Of a stretch of 56,326 nt of DNA, positions 40,501 to 49,543 are shown one piece after another. This DNA is from an uncultured virus (IMG/VR IMGVR_UViG_3300006484_000005) (taxonomy: Duplodnaviria; Heunggongvirae; Uroviricota; Caudoviricetes): IMG/VR virus record IMGVR_UViG_3300006484_000005, positions 62,001 to 118,326 of that record. The stretch is one strand, 5' to 3'. Below the pieces are notes generated by a model. That model saw only the letters and a list, made by a program, of their open reading frames with translations, was not told the origin of the DNA and searched no databases. A program made the translations under genes and the position numbers. Each line of letters opens with the position of its first letter. Within the stretch, counting starts at the first letter, position 1.

Positions 40501-41655
40501 TTAAAATATATAAAGCGGTAATGGAACTTGTTGTAAAGTTTGATTTACAAATCCTTCATCCATTGAGCGTTTTTCTAATTGTTTTGTTCTAGAAGAATCT
40601 TCTAATGTCCCACGTAATTGTTCTAATAATGCTATTTTTTCAGAACGAGCATCAGTTAATAAATCAGCTTGATTTAATGTTACTTCAGATCCTGGAATAG
40701 GTACAGTAGTATATTTACCACGTACATATGCTAGCATTTCTTTTACTAATGCTAATGTATATTGGAATACCCACATTTTACCTACTGAATTAATCTGAGA
40801 ATATACTGGGTTATTGTAAGGTACGTTAGACACGTTTGTAACCAAATTGGTAGCTGATCCACTTATAAATGATTGATTACGTTCTGATTTTTTGATATAG
40901 TGAAATATTAATGTAGTATCTGCTGTAGGAATTGGAAATAATCTTAATTGATTATTTACTAAATCAAATGAAAATGCTGATTTTCTAACTTGATCGTTTA
41001 ATTCAATTGCTTGTAGCTTCAACATATCAAAGTTCAACGGCATTAACATAAAGTTAATACCTGGAGAAAATGATCCAAAATTAAATGATTCTAACAATGA
41101 TTGTATACCTGTACCTGTACCAGCATATGGATCAAAATAACGAACAATAGCTGGAGGTGTTTGTTGAAATACTGTTTTTACTTCAATTGAATCACCTGGT
41201 TGTAATGATGCAGATGCGGATGCCCAAGTATTTAAATCATAATTTTGTACTCCTGCAGTTACAGGCATAGAAGCCGTATAATAAGTTACTGTACCACCAG
41301 TTCCTGCTTCAGAACCATAAGTAGAAGCTATTTTGATTGTAGTTGATAAATTGGGAGTAATTACTCGGTTATTTAGAACAGATCCAGTTGAAGATCCTTC
41401 TATCGAAATATAATTTTCTCTAATTTTCCATTGATATACTTCGTTTCCGTATACTGTAATTGCTTCTTCGAATGCAGTATAGAATTGTATATCTTGTAAT
41501 TCGATATTTTCAATTGGATATCCTAAACGCTGTGCACACCATTTTACTACTTTATCAGCATCAGTTCTGAATGTTGAATCAGCATCATAAAACCCAAATG
41601 GAGTTGATCCAGTAGTAAAAAAAGATGAACCAGTATATATTGCTATGTTAGCCAT
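40501..41655 (-). CDS. Neck/head-tail adaptor protein (T4 gp13-like)
   Basis: RLGYPI.NIEL, LRLFPIP and YTLAL.KEML..VRGKY..VPIPG..VTLN motifs. Confidence 0.75.
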   Translation of the reverse strand: MANIAIYTGSSFFTTGSTPFGFYDADSTFRTDADKVVKWCAQRLGYPIENIELQDIQFYTAFEEAITVYGNEVYQWKIRENYISIEGSSTGSVLNNRVITPNLSTTIKIASTYGSEAGTGGTVTYYTASMPVTAGVQNYDLNTWASASASLQPGDSIEVKTVFQQTPPAIVRYFDPYAGTGTGIQSLLESFNFGSFSPGINFMLMPLNFDMLKLQAIELNDQVRKSAFSFDLVNNQLRLFPIPTADTTLIFHYIKKSERNQSFISGSATNLVTNVSNVPYNNPVYSQINSVGKMWVFQYTLALVKEMLAYVRGKYTTVPIPGSEVTLNQADLLTDARSEKIALLEQLRGTLEDSSRTKQLEKRSMDEGFVNQTLQQVPLPLYIF

Positions 41656-41677
41656 TAATCAAATATGTAGTGTTTGT

Positions 41678-41686
41678 TATAAATAT
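41678..41686 (-). promoter_or_regulatory. Putative late promoter motif ATATTTATA heading the neck operon
   Basis: Exact motif, intergenic. Confidence 0.6.
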
Positions 41687-41704
41687 TAAGATTTTTTATT
41701 ATAA

Positions 41705-42295
41705 TTAAAAACCGTTTGTTGCTGGGTTGTAGAATACTCTACCTGTTACATTTGTTGTTTTAGTTATTGTAGGTGTTGAATAATTAAATGTCATTGCATC
41801 CCCACCACCAGCTTCACCAAACTGTATTCTTATTGGATAATATATACCCGAGGTGAGAGAAATAGTTCCACTGGTTTCTTGAACAGCGTGTGCACCACCA
41901 TTATTTACTGTTGCATTTGCAGTTGTAAATCCAGATAACGCATTTGGACCTACCCAAACATAAGAAGCATCATCACTTGCTGTAAAAAATGTATAAGTTT
42001 CTGTTGTAGAAGGTAAAAAATAACCTAACCACTGACAACTAAAGTTTGAACCATCGTCACTGCCAGCTTCAGAAATTGCAGTAGTTTGTACAGAAGTTGC
42101 AGGATTAGTACCGTATGTTCCTGGTGTTGCCGTTGCAAAAAATGATGGAACATCAGAAAAATATCCAGCATATGTTGTTTTATATAAACCAGCACTATAT
42201 GTAATAGAGATTCTAATATTTAACCCACCACTATTAGTATTATTTACTAATGAAAATCCTCCATTACCGTTTGTGTTTAATAATGTTAAAGGCAT
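41705..42295 (-). CDS. PA14-domain (carbohydrate-binding) protein
   Basis: NFSCQWLGYF, YTFFTASDDASYVWV, NNGGAH and YYPIRIQFGE.GGG are diagnostic PA14 motifs. Confidence 0.8.
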   Translation of the reverse strand: MPLTLLNTNGNGGFSLVNNTNSGGLNIRISITYSAGLYKTTYAGYFSDVPSFFATATPGTYGTNPATSVQTTAISEAGSDDGSNFSCQWLGYFLPSTTETYTFFTASDDASYVWVGPNALSGFTTANATVNNGGAHAVQETSGTISLTSGIYYPIRIQFGEAGGGDAMTFNYSTPTITKTTNVTGRVFYNPATNGF

Positions 42296-43005
42296 TACAT
42301 ATGTTCTTTATACATGTTTAAGACTGATTCCACAATTGGATGTCTGTGATTTGTTTTTAATACAACGGATGCTACTCCTGGAATGGAACCAGCAACTTGT
42401 TTTGATAGAAAATACATACCAGAGTCTTTTTTGTTTTTTAAATCGACTTGAGATGTATCGCCTACAATCACCATTTTACTTCCTTTACATAAACGAGATA
42501 TTACCATTTCCATTTGAGGATCAGTAACGTTTTGTGCCTCGTCTACAATAATAAATGCATTTGAGAAGTTACGTCCACGCATAAATGCAAATGGAACAAT
42601 TTCTATTTGTCCTCGCTCAAAGTACATATCCACTTTTTCTTTATCGTATACTCGATATGCATTGTCGTATATTGGAGCAACGAATGGATCTAATTTTTCT
42701 TTAATACCACCAGGTAAAAAACCAATTTCTTCTTTAGCTGTTACTACTGGTCTTGCTATAATGATCTTTTCAACTTCTTTGTTAAATAATAGATCTAGCG
42801 CTGTTTGGACTGCCACTAATGTTTTACCACTTCCTGCTTGTCCTGTAATGACTGTTATGTCATTAACTAAAATTATACTTTTTGTTTCTTTTTGTTCTTC
42901 GTTTAGTTGAACTTGAAACTTAATTGGATTTTTAGGTTTACGTTTTTCCTGAAAAATCGCATCAGTGTGGTGATTTGAACTCATAAAACTTGTTTTAGTT
43001 ATCAT
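42295..43005 (-). CDS. phoH: PhoH-family ATPase
   Basis: GQAGSGKT Walker A, IGFLPG, FMRGRNF, DEAQN, GD..Q.D and HRHP. The true start may be ATG 42984. Confidence 0.92.
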   Translation of the reverse strand: MITKTSFMSSNHHTDAIFQEKRKPKNPIKFQVQLNEEQKETKSIILVNDITVITGQAGSGKTLVAVQTALDLLFNKEVEKIIIARPVVTAKEEIGFLPGGIKEKLDPFVAPIYDNAYRVYDKEKVDMYFERGQIEIVPFAFMRGRNFSNAFIIVDEAQNVTDPQMEMVISRLCKGSKMVIVGDTSQVDLKNKKDSGMYFLSKQVAGSIPGVASVVLKTNHRHPIVESVLNMYKEHM

Positions 43006-43041
43006 TAATAAATATGTAAAGATTTATTTATTGCAATAAAC

Positions 43042-43077
43042 AAAAGAAGGCCGGAGCTTAGCTCCGACCTTACTTTT
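43042..43077 (-). terminator. Rho-independent terminator after the major capsid gene
   Basis: Minus strand AAGGTCGGAGC-TAA-GCTCCGGCCTT-CTTTTG. Confidence 0.75.
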
Positions 43078-43096
43078 ATTCTAAAAATTAGAAATA

Positions 43097-44770
43097 TTAG
43101 TATCCTAATGTCTCTAAACCGTGTACAAATACGCGACCGTAGAATTCAGGACGAACCATTTTCTTAGCGTAACGAGTCATCAAACCTTTACGTGGAGTAA
43201 ATGTTTCTGGATCGTATACTAATGGAGTCATGATCAACGGAATGTATGGAGCATAAACAGCACCAGTTTCAAGGAATTGAGATCCTTTATAACCCATCAA
43301 AATCATGTTAGAAGTTAAATAAGGATTCTTATAAACTTTGTAACGAGAATTTAATGAACCAATTTTCTGGATACCGAATCCGAATTCTGATTTCTCACCA
43401 TCACCGTCAGTAGCAAATCCTGGAATAGATTCTAATACTGTAGCAATTGCTGGAGAACAAACCATAAAGTTAGCACCACCACGCAATGTCTTTTGGTGAA
43501 TTTTGTTAGAAACTTGTTGCAATACAGTTCCGATAGTTTGGAACCATTCGCCTTGAGAATTGTAATATCCAGTTAAGTTACCTGATTGAGAGTTAGCAGA
43601 TACAGTTGTGAAACCTGAACCGTTCCAGAATGTATTGTTAGCAGCTGACCAGTAACCAGTAGTAGCAGCATTTTCTTGCAACATACCTAACAACTCCAAA
43701 TCAACTTCCATTGCAATGTAGTTAGACAACATAGAAGTTACTTCTGATTCAGCATCTACCGAGTGGTAAGCGTTCAAATCTTGAGCAAATTCTGGAGTCC
43801 ATTGTGCTTTCAACTTACGAGTCTTAGCAACGATTGATTCAGATTTTAATTTGATATCAATTGAAGGGATAGCAATTGATGATGAGCTTTCAGCGTTTGG
43901 ATATCCAGCACCTGAAGCATCTTCGAAATCACCGCGAGCAGCAACTGTAGTAGTTTTAGGGTAGTATACTTGGTAAACTTGAGAAGAACCAGTAGCACCA
44001 ACAACTGAACCAGAGATTATTACTGTAACAGTACCATCAGCGTTCAATGTAGAAAATTCGTTCAATACGTTATCAGCTGTCAAAGTAGAACCTGAAACGA
44101 TAGCGATTGATTTTACTGCAGATGTATCTAAAGCAGCTAAAGCACCTGAAGCAAATGTAATAGAGCGAGCTGAAGAACCAACTGAAGCAGAAACTGCTGA
44201 GTTGTAATTCCAGTTAGCTAATGTCAAAGCAGATGCTGAAGTACCAGCGATAACTGATTGAGTAGTATTGATTGAATAACCATATCTACCATCACCATAC
44301 AAACCACCAGCAACTTCTAAGTTTTTAACGTTTGGATGATTTTCAGCTTGGTTACCATATAAAGAAGTAGTTCCGAATTCTTTTTTACCAGCTCCATCAG
44401 CAGATAATCCTAAGTTTGAATATTTGAAATCCAAATAGAATACTAGACCTGAAGGTAAAGACATTGGTTGTACAGAAACGAATTCTTTAGCAACGATTTC
44501 ACCGAATACACGGCGAACTAACGGAAGAGCAACACCAGCCCAGTTCTCACCAGCACCACCTGACATTGATGATTGACCACCAGTCACGTTTGCTTCTTGA
44601 ACCAATGCTTTAGCTTGGTTTTCCAAAATTACCGCCATATTGTTGCGGTCATACTCACTATTAAGGTTTTTCAATAAACCTGTTTTTTCCCATTTTCCAA
44701 CTAATTTGCCAGCTTCTGCTTGACGATCTTGGAACGGGTTTGCGCTTTCTAAAAGACTTTGTACGTTCAT
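43097..44770 (-). CDS. Major capsid protein (T4 gp23-like)
   Basis: LPLVRRVF, VSVQPM..PSGLVFYL, TRKLKAQWTPEFAQDLNAYH, YAPYIPL and PRKGLMTRY. Confidence 0.95.
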   Translation of the reverse strand: MNVQSLLESANPFQDRQAEAGKLVGKWEKTGLLKNLNSEYDRNNMAVILENQAKALVQEANVTGGQSSMSGGAGENWAGVALPLVRRVFGEIVAKEFVSVQPMSLPSGLVFYLDFKYSNLGLSADGAGKKEFGTTSLYGNQAENHPNVKNLEVAGGLYGDGRYGYSINTTQSVIAGTSASALTLANWNYNSAVSASVGSSARSITFASGALAALDTSAVKSIAIVSGSTLTADNVLNEFSTLNADGTVTVIISGSVVGATGSSQVYQVYYPKTTTVAARGDFEDASGAGYPNAESSSSIAIPSIDIKLKSESIVAKTRKLKAQWTPEFAQDLNAYHSVDAESEVTSMLSNYIAMEVDLELLGMLQENAATTGYWSAANNTFWNGSGFTTVSANSQSGNLTGYYNSQGEWFQTIGTVLQQVSNKIHQKTLRGGANFMVCSPAIATVLESIPGFATDGDGEKSEFGFGIQKIGSLNSRYKVYKNPYLTSNMILMGYKGSQFLETGAVYAPYIPLIMTPLVYDPETFTPRKGLMTRYAKKMVRPEFYGRVFVHGLETLGY

Positions 44771-44797
44771 TTTTTTTTAAATTAAATTTTTTTAAAA

Positions 44798-45844
44798 TTA
44801 TTTACCGAAGGCTAATTTGTCCCAACGGCTGTATTGAGCATCAGTTTCGATTACTTTAGCACCGCTATTAGTGATCATTCCTACTGCTTTTGAAGCAAAA
44901 CCAACTGATTCTTTAATGTTTGATTTTGTTTCAGCTTTCTTAGAGAATGAAGTAATCATTGATTCGTAAACCAATTTAGCTTCTTTCGCTGATTCTGCTT
45001 TGTCAAAAGTTTTAACTACGTCGATCTTTTGAGATTCAGTTAAGTTAGTACCTTTGAATACTTTATTCATGTAAAGTAATTTTGCGTTTAGCAAATTAAC
45101 TTCTTGAATTGAAGAACGAAGTTCATCGATTGTAGCTAAAGCTTGAGCTAATTCTTCTTCCATTTTGGATTTGTCATCATCTTCATCTTTGCCATAACCT
45201 TCTTCTACTTCCTCTTCTTCTGATAAACCGAATTCAGCTAACAATTCGTCGATGTTGATATCGTTTTCGTCGATTTCTTCTTCGTTTACTGTTTCTTCTG
45301 TTTCGTCGATCATTTCGTCAATGTTGATTTCTTCTTCACCTGCTGGTGCTTCAGCTCCTAATTCAGCATCTAAATCGATTTCTTCTCCACCTTCTTCGCC
45401 AGGAATTTCCTCGCCTTGTCCAGCTTCTAATTTTTCGAATTCTTCAGCCGCAATTTGGCGAATATATTCTTCAACTTCTTCCGGCGACATTTCAGTGATA
45501 TCTTTATCTTCTTCTTCGCCTGCTTTTTCTTCACCTTTTTCAGGTGCTTCTTCAGATGCTTTTTCTTCAGCTTCTTCTTCTCCTTCTTCTTTAGCTTCTT
45601 CAACTGAATCCTCAGCTAATAATGCTTCTAAGTCAAGAGTTTCTTCCATTTGATCTTCTGCTTTTTTAGCTTCTTCCATCTTGTCTTCGTCTTCCTCCAT
45701 CTCGTTTAACTTTGCAGCTAACATAGATTGTAATTGTGGAGTGAAAGCTTCTTCAAGAGCAAGTTTAGCTTGGGCAAGAGCAGTTTCGCGAACGGCTTTA
45801 GCATCAGCAATAGCATCTTTTAAAATTTGCTTTGTGTTACTCAT
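44798..45844 (-). CDS. Prohead scaffolding/core protein
   Basis: Very acidic coiled-coil protein directly upstream of the major capsid gene. Confidence 0.75.
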   Translation of the reverse strand: MSNTKQILKDAIADAKAVRETALAQAKLALEEAFTPQLQSMLAAKLNEMEEDEDKMEEAKKAEDQMEETLDLEALLAEDSVEEAKEEGEEEAEEKASEEAPEKGEEKAGEEEDKDITEMSPEEVEEYIRQIAAEEFEKLEAGQGEEIPGEEGGEEIDLDAELGAEAPAGEEEINIDEMIDETEETVNEEEIDENDINIDELLAEFGLSEEEEVEEGYGKDEDDDKSKMEEELAQALATIDELRSSIQEVNLLNAKLLYMNKVFKGTNLTESQKIDVVKTFDKAESAKEAKLVYESMITSFSKKAETKSNIKESVGFASKAVGMITNSGAKVIETDAQYSRWDKLAFGK

Positions 45845-45949
45845 TTTTGTCCTTAATTTTTGTTTTTGGAAATAAGATTATTATGAATCTTAATGGGGGT
45901 TGTACTTATTTTTGTAATACCATATAGACATGGTATATTTGAGTCTGCC

Positions 45950-45957
45950 ATAAATAT
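45950..45957 (-). promoter_or_regulatory. Putative late promoter core ATATTTAT heading the scaffold-capsid operon
   Basis: 8-nt core after a terminator, about 105 nt upstream of the scaffold ATG. Confidence 0.5.
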
Positions 45958-45971
45958 ATGTGGATATATTC

Positions 45972-46010
45972 AAAGCGAAAAGAAATGCCCCTTCTTTGCA
46001 GAAGAGGCAT
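45972..46010 (-). terminator. Rho-independent terminator with GCAA loop
   Basis: Minus strand ATGCCTCTTCT-GCAA-AGAAGGGGCAT-TTCTTTT. Confidence 0.7.
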
Positions 46011-46046
46011 AGAGCTATAATACTGAGACTATAGCGGGGTATGAAT

Positions 46047-47038
46047 TATTTAATTCCAGCGTAGTGTTGCCATCTACGAATGACGTATTCGTCTAATTCT
46101 GTTGATTCACTGTATGTTCCTTTTTTACCTGATTCCGGTGTTAATTCTACTTTACCATCTTCTGGAGCACCTATGTTGTATATTTTATTACCTAACATAG
46201 CTTTAAGAATATTGTTAAGGAAAGTAATTTCTGGTTTTACCGTCTCACCGTCTAAAGTATAAGTATACTTTTCGTATTTTGCTATTTTATCATCATTTGA
46301 TTCTTGTGCTTCATCTAATGAATTGATATTTATATCTTCAACTGAATCATCTTCAAATCTAACTCGAGCTCTACGTTCGCCAGTTTCATCATCCATTTTC
46401 ATAGCTGTGATTTTAGCTTTTTTACCTGCTACTGTAACGTTATCTCCGATTGAATAATCATCAAATGATGATTTTGGAACAAATGCTTCGTCTAATCCGT
46501 TATAGAACTTTCTTGCTTCGTCTTCAGATTCAAATGATTTTTCTTTAGTTCCGTCTACTGTTTGATAAGTAACAATCCAAAAACGACCTTCTTGTTCGAT
46601 GCTAGATACTTCGTTATGATTTAAATTACCTTCACCCATTTCTTCAGCACCTGCTTTATCATCCATTTGAGCATCTGATTCATGGTATCCTTTAGCTGCT
46701 TGATAAATGTAGTTTTCAGAGTTAGTAATGTGGTCTTGGATCCAAGCTGGTAGATTAACTTCCCTATCTCCCATTTGTGCTTTTAACATCATAGCAGCAC
46801 GAATAATAGAATCTAATGAATCTTGTGCCATTGCTACTTCGTAATCTTCGTTTAAACCATCTTCAGCTAATTTTTTAGCTTTATCAGTTGCAATTGCATA
46901 CATAGCAGCTTTAGGACCTTTGAAATCCTTTTTCATTGCCATTACAATATCTTCTTTCTTTTTCTTTTCAGCAGCAGTTAATGTTTTTTCAGCAACGATT
47001 TTAGCTACGGTTTCTTTTACGATTTGTTCTAAATCCAT
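46047..47038 (-). CDS. Modular hypothetical head protein (putative internal protein)
   Basis: 330 aa between protease and scaffold; small domains separated by LxE motifs. Confidence 0.55.
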
Positions 47039-47667
47039 TATATATTATCAAAATCACAGGTACAAAATCCTGTGCGGTTACAAATAATTTCAGTAATTAA
47101 GCTATCTATTTTAGAATAATCTTTAGATGGTTTAGAATATGAAATAGATTCATTTACTACTTCCATATACGCACCTGGTGTTGAAGGTGTTGAAACAAAA
47201 TCCCAACACATTAATTCAAAATCATCTTGTACCTCAATTGTTTCACCAATTTGACGTACAGAACCCATACCACGAGATGAGATACCTACGGTGATATTGT
47301 TATTAAATAATTCTTTTAATATATTACCCGATGGTGTAGGCAGTACTTCAATTTTACCGTGTAATTCGCGCCCCTTCCAATATAAACTTACAATGTTATG
47401 TGATACATTTTTTAAGTTAATAACTGGAGAGTCTGGATGGTCTAATTCACCTAATGCACGACGTTCTTTAACTGGTCCTTGTAGGTATTTATCAGCTTCA
47501 CGCTTTAATACTTCGTATGGATAAACACGTCCATTACCATTTTTGGTTTCAGCCATTTGTATCAATCCTTCTACAAACATTTTACCGTTTGGATTCATCA
47601 TCGACTCCTTCAATGATTGAGGAGTAGCGGTAAATAAGGCTGTTTCTATTAATAATTGCTTATCCAT
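47038..47667 (-). CDS. Prohead core protease (T4 gp21-like)
   Basis: NGNGRVYP, ALGELDHP, VSH, TPSGNIL, GISSRGMGS and WDFVSTPST. Confidence 0.92.
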   Translation of the reverse strand: MDKQLLIETALFTATPQSLKESMMNPNGKMFVEGLIQMAETKNGNGRVYPYEVLKREADKYLQGPVKERRALGELDHPDSPVINLKNVSHNIVSLYWKGRELHGKIEVLPTPSGNILKELFNNNITVGISSRGMGSVRQIGETIEVQDDFELMCWDFVSTPSTPGAYMEVVNESISYSKPSKDYSKIDSLITEIICNRTGFCTCDFDNI

Positions 47668-48178
47668 TAGATCTTTCGTTCAAGATACGACCAACTAAAA
47701 TGATCATTTCATCTTCAGTCAATTTATCCATTTTAACTTTTTTAACACCGTTTGCAGTGTCTACAAAATTATCACCTTTAACTTCAGTAGGTAAATCAGT
47801 ACGTTTTTTACGATCAACTTTCATTGATGATTCATCATATCCAGCTAAATGAAGTTGAGAGTAATAAGCAGCATTATCTTTTAAGTTTTTACAAACGATC
47901 TTATCAGCTTTTATTTCTTCAGTACCTTTATCTAATTCATAGCGCATCCCTAAATCATATTCTTGAGGATTACACCAATCATTCGGCATACCATACTCCA
48001 TTGAAGATGATTTTTCTTCAGTAATGATACCTTTGTTTTTTAAGATTTTAACAGCATCACCAAATGATGTTGTATTAGAAATAAATTTAGGTAATGCCAT
48101 TTTTACATTACGTAAAAATTGAGCTTGACCCAATGTTCCTTCATTTAATGCTTTATACTGATCGAATATGCTTTTCAT
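47660..48178 (-). CDS. Hypothetical head-region protein
   Basis: 172 aa, overlapping the protease start. Confidence 0.55.
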   Translation of the reverse strand: MKSIFDQYKALNEGTLGQAQFLRNVKMALPKFISNTTSFGDAVKILKNKGIITEEKSSSMEYGMPNDWCNPQEYDLGMRYELDKGTEEIKADKIVCKNLKDNAAYYSQLHLAGYDESSMKVDRKKRTDLPTEVKGDNFVDTANGVKKVKMDKLTEDEMIILVGRILNERSNG

Positions 48179-48654
48179 TATTCTTTTAAATTTTTAATTT
48201 TCTTGTCTAATTCAGTTAATCGTGTTGATATTTCTTCTAATCCACGAATGGAATTAGTTAAATAATTTTCAGTGGTTAGGCTATTTTCTTCACGTAAACG
48301 AATACTATAATCAACTATTTGATTAACTTCGCGTAAACGTTTTTTAATACCTAATATTGCTTTTGAAATTTTACGTTCAGGAGTAACTTCTGATATTGTT
48401 TTATTAAATGAACGATATGATACTTCATTAATCGGATCTTGTCCTTCGTATTTAACAAAATCAAATGTTTTACCTGATTTAGGAACTTTACCAACTACTT
48501 TAAATCCCAATTTTTCAGCATATTTAGTAGCTTTATTTTTACCACCTTTAGAGAATGCAAACGGAGTTGAATAAGCTTCACCTCCAGATGTAGCATTTTC
48601 TTCATCTAAAATTTCAGCTATTGCTTGACGTATTAATTCACGTAATTTTTCCAT
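48178..48654 (-). CDS. Hypothetical head-region protein
   Basis: 158 aa, YSTPFAF motif, TAATG coupling on both sides. Confidence 0.55.
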   Translation of the reverse strand: MEKLRELIRQAIAEILDEENATSGGEAYSTPFAFSKGGKNKATKYAEKLGFKVVGKVPKSGKTFDFVKYEGQDPINEVSYRSFNKTISEVTPERKISKAILGIKKRLREVNQIVDYSIRLREENSLTTENYLTNSIRGLEEISTRLTELDKKIKNLKE

Positions 48655-49508
48655 TATGCTGTTCTTAATTCGTGTAGTAATTCGTAGTAATTCATCAAAT
48701 TTAACACATCATCATCAGATACATTTTCCGATTTAGGAATCATGTTTAGTATATTATTAACTTCTGATAGTTTGATTTGGATTTTTTTATCTACAATTTT
48801 AGATGTTAATACTTCTAATTCTAATTTAATGTTTTGAATTTGGTTATTAATATATTCTTTTAATGTTACAGTATTAGAAATATTATTAATGAATTCTTTC
48901 AATAATGTTTTTTGTTCTGGTAGTAAATCAGTGTATTTGGTGTTAAAATTTTCAACTACCATTTTATAAATCATCATACGAGTACTTTTATCTTGTTTAG
49001 AATATTCTTCCATTACTTGATCTTGTACTGCTGTTTTATCTACCGCCTTTTTTGTTAGAAACTCAAGTAAAGTTACTCGGTTATCAATAACAATTTTAGG
49101 ATCAGTAAATTCAGATGATGTATGTGCTTCCATTAAATTAAAAATGGCAGCATTGATTTTATAATTATGTATTTTAGCTTTGAAAAAATCTTCTAAATTA
49201 TAAGTTTCCTTAATGTCTTTAATTAAGTTATATTTTTCCTTACGTAGTGCAGTTTTATTTAACTTTTCAGATAATTTTAAGATAGTTTCAACTAAGCTAT
49301 CTGCTTTTGATTCGGCTAATGATTTTACGTTAATTAATGCTTGATATAATTTATGTTCTTTAGCTATTTCTGTGTTAGAGAAGTATTTTTTAACTAAAGT
49401 AGCCGCGTGTGGTTCTTTATTAGACAAAATATCACTAGCAATTTGGCGCACTAATAGCTCAAATAATATGCCAGTGTTTTTGTATTTAGAATTTTTTAAT
49501 TTAGACAT
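48654..49508 (-). CDS. Conserved hypothetical protein downstream of the portal
   Basis: KYKNTGILFELLVRQI and EKYNLIKDIKE; helical, 284 aa. Confidence 0.6.
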   Translation of the reverse strand: MSKLKNSKYKNTGILFELLVRQIASDILSNKEPHAATLVKKYFSNTEIAKEHKLYQALINVKSLAESKADSLVETILKLSEKLNKTALRKEKYNLIKDIKETYNLEDFFKAKIHNYKINAAIFNLMEAHTSSEFTDPKIVIDNRVTLLEFLTKKAVDKTAVQDQVMEEYSKQDKSTRMMIYKMVVENFNTKYTDLLPEQKTLLKEFINNISNTVTLKEYINNQIQNIKLELEVLTSKIVDKKIQIKLSEVNNILNMIPKSENVSDDDVLNLMNYYELLHELRTA

Positions 49509-49526
49509 GTCTTAGTATTACTCTGT

Positions 49527-49535
49527 TATAAATAT
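49527..49535 (-). promoter_or_regulatory. Putative late promoter motif ATATTTATA
   Basis: Exact motif, intergenic, after the portal gene. Confidence 0.6.
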
Positions 49536-49543
49536 CGATTAGT

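Noticed and set aside
45845..46046. tRNA or known ncRNA in the largest intergenic gap
   Set aside because: No cloverleaf or T-loop signature is visible, only simple hairpins
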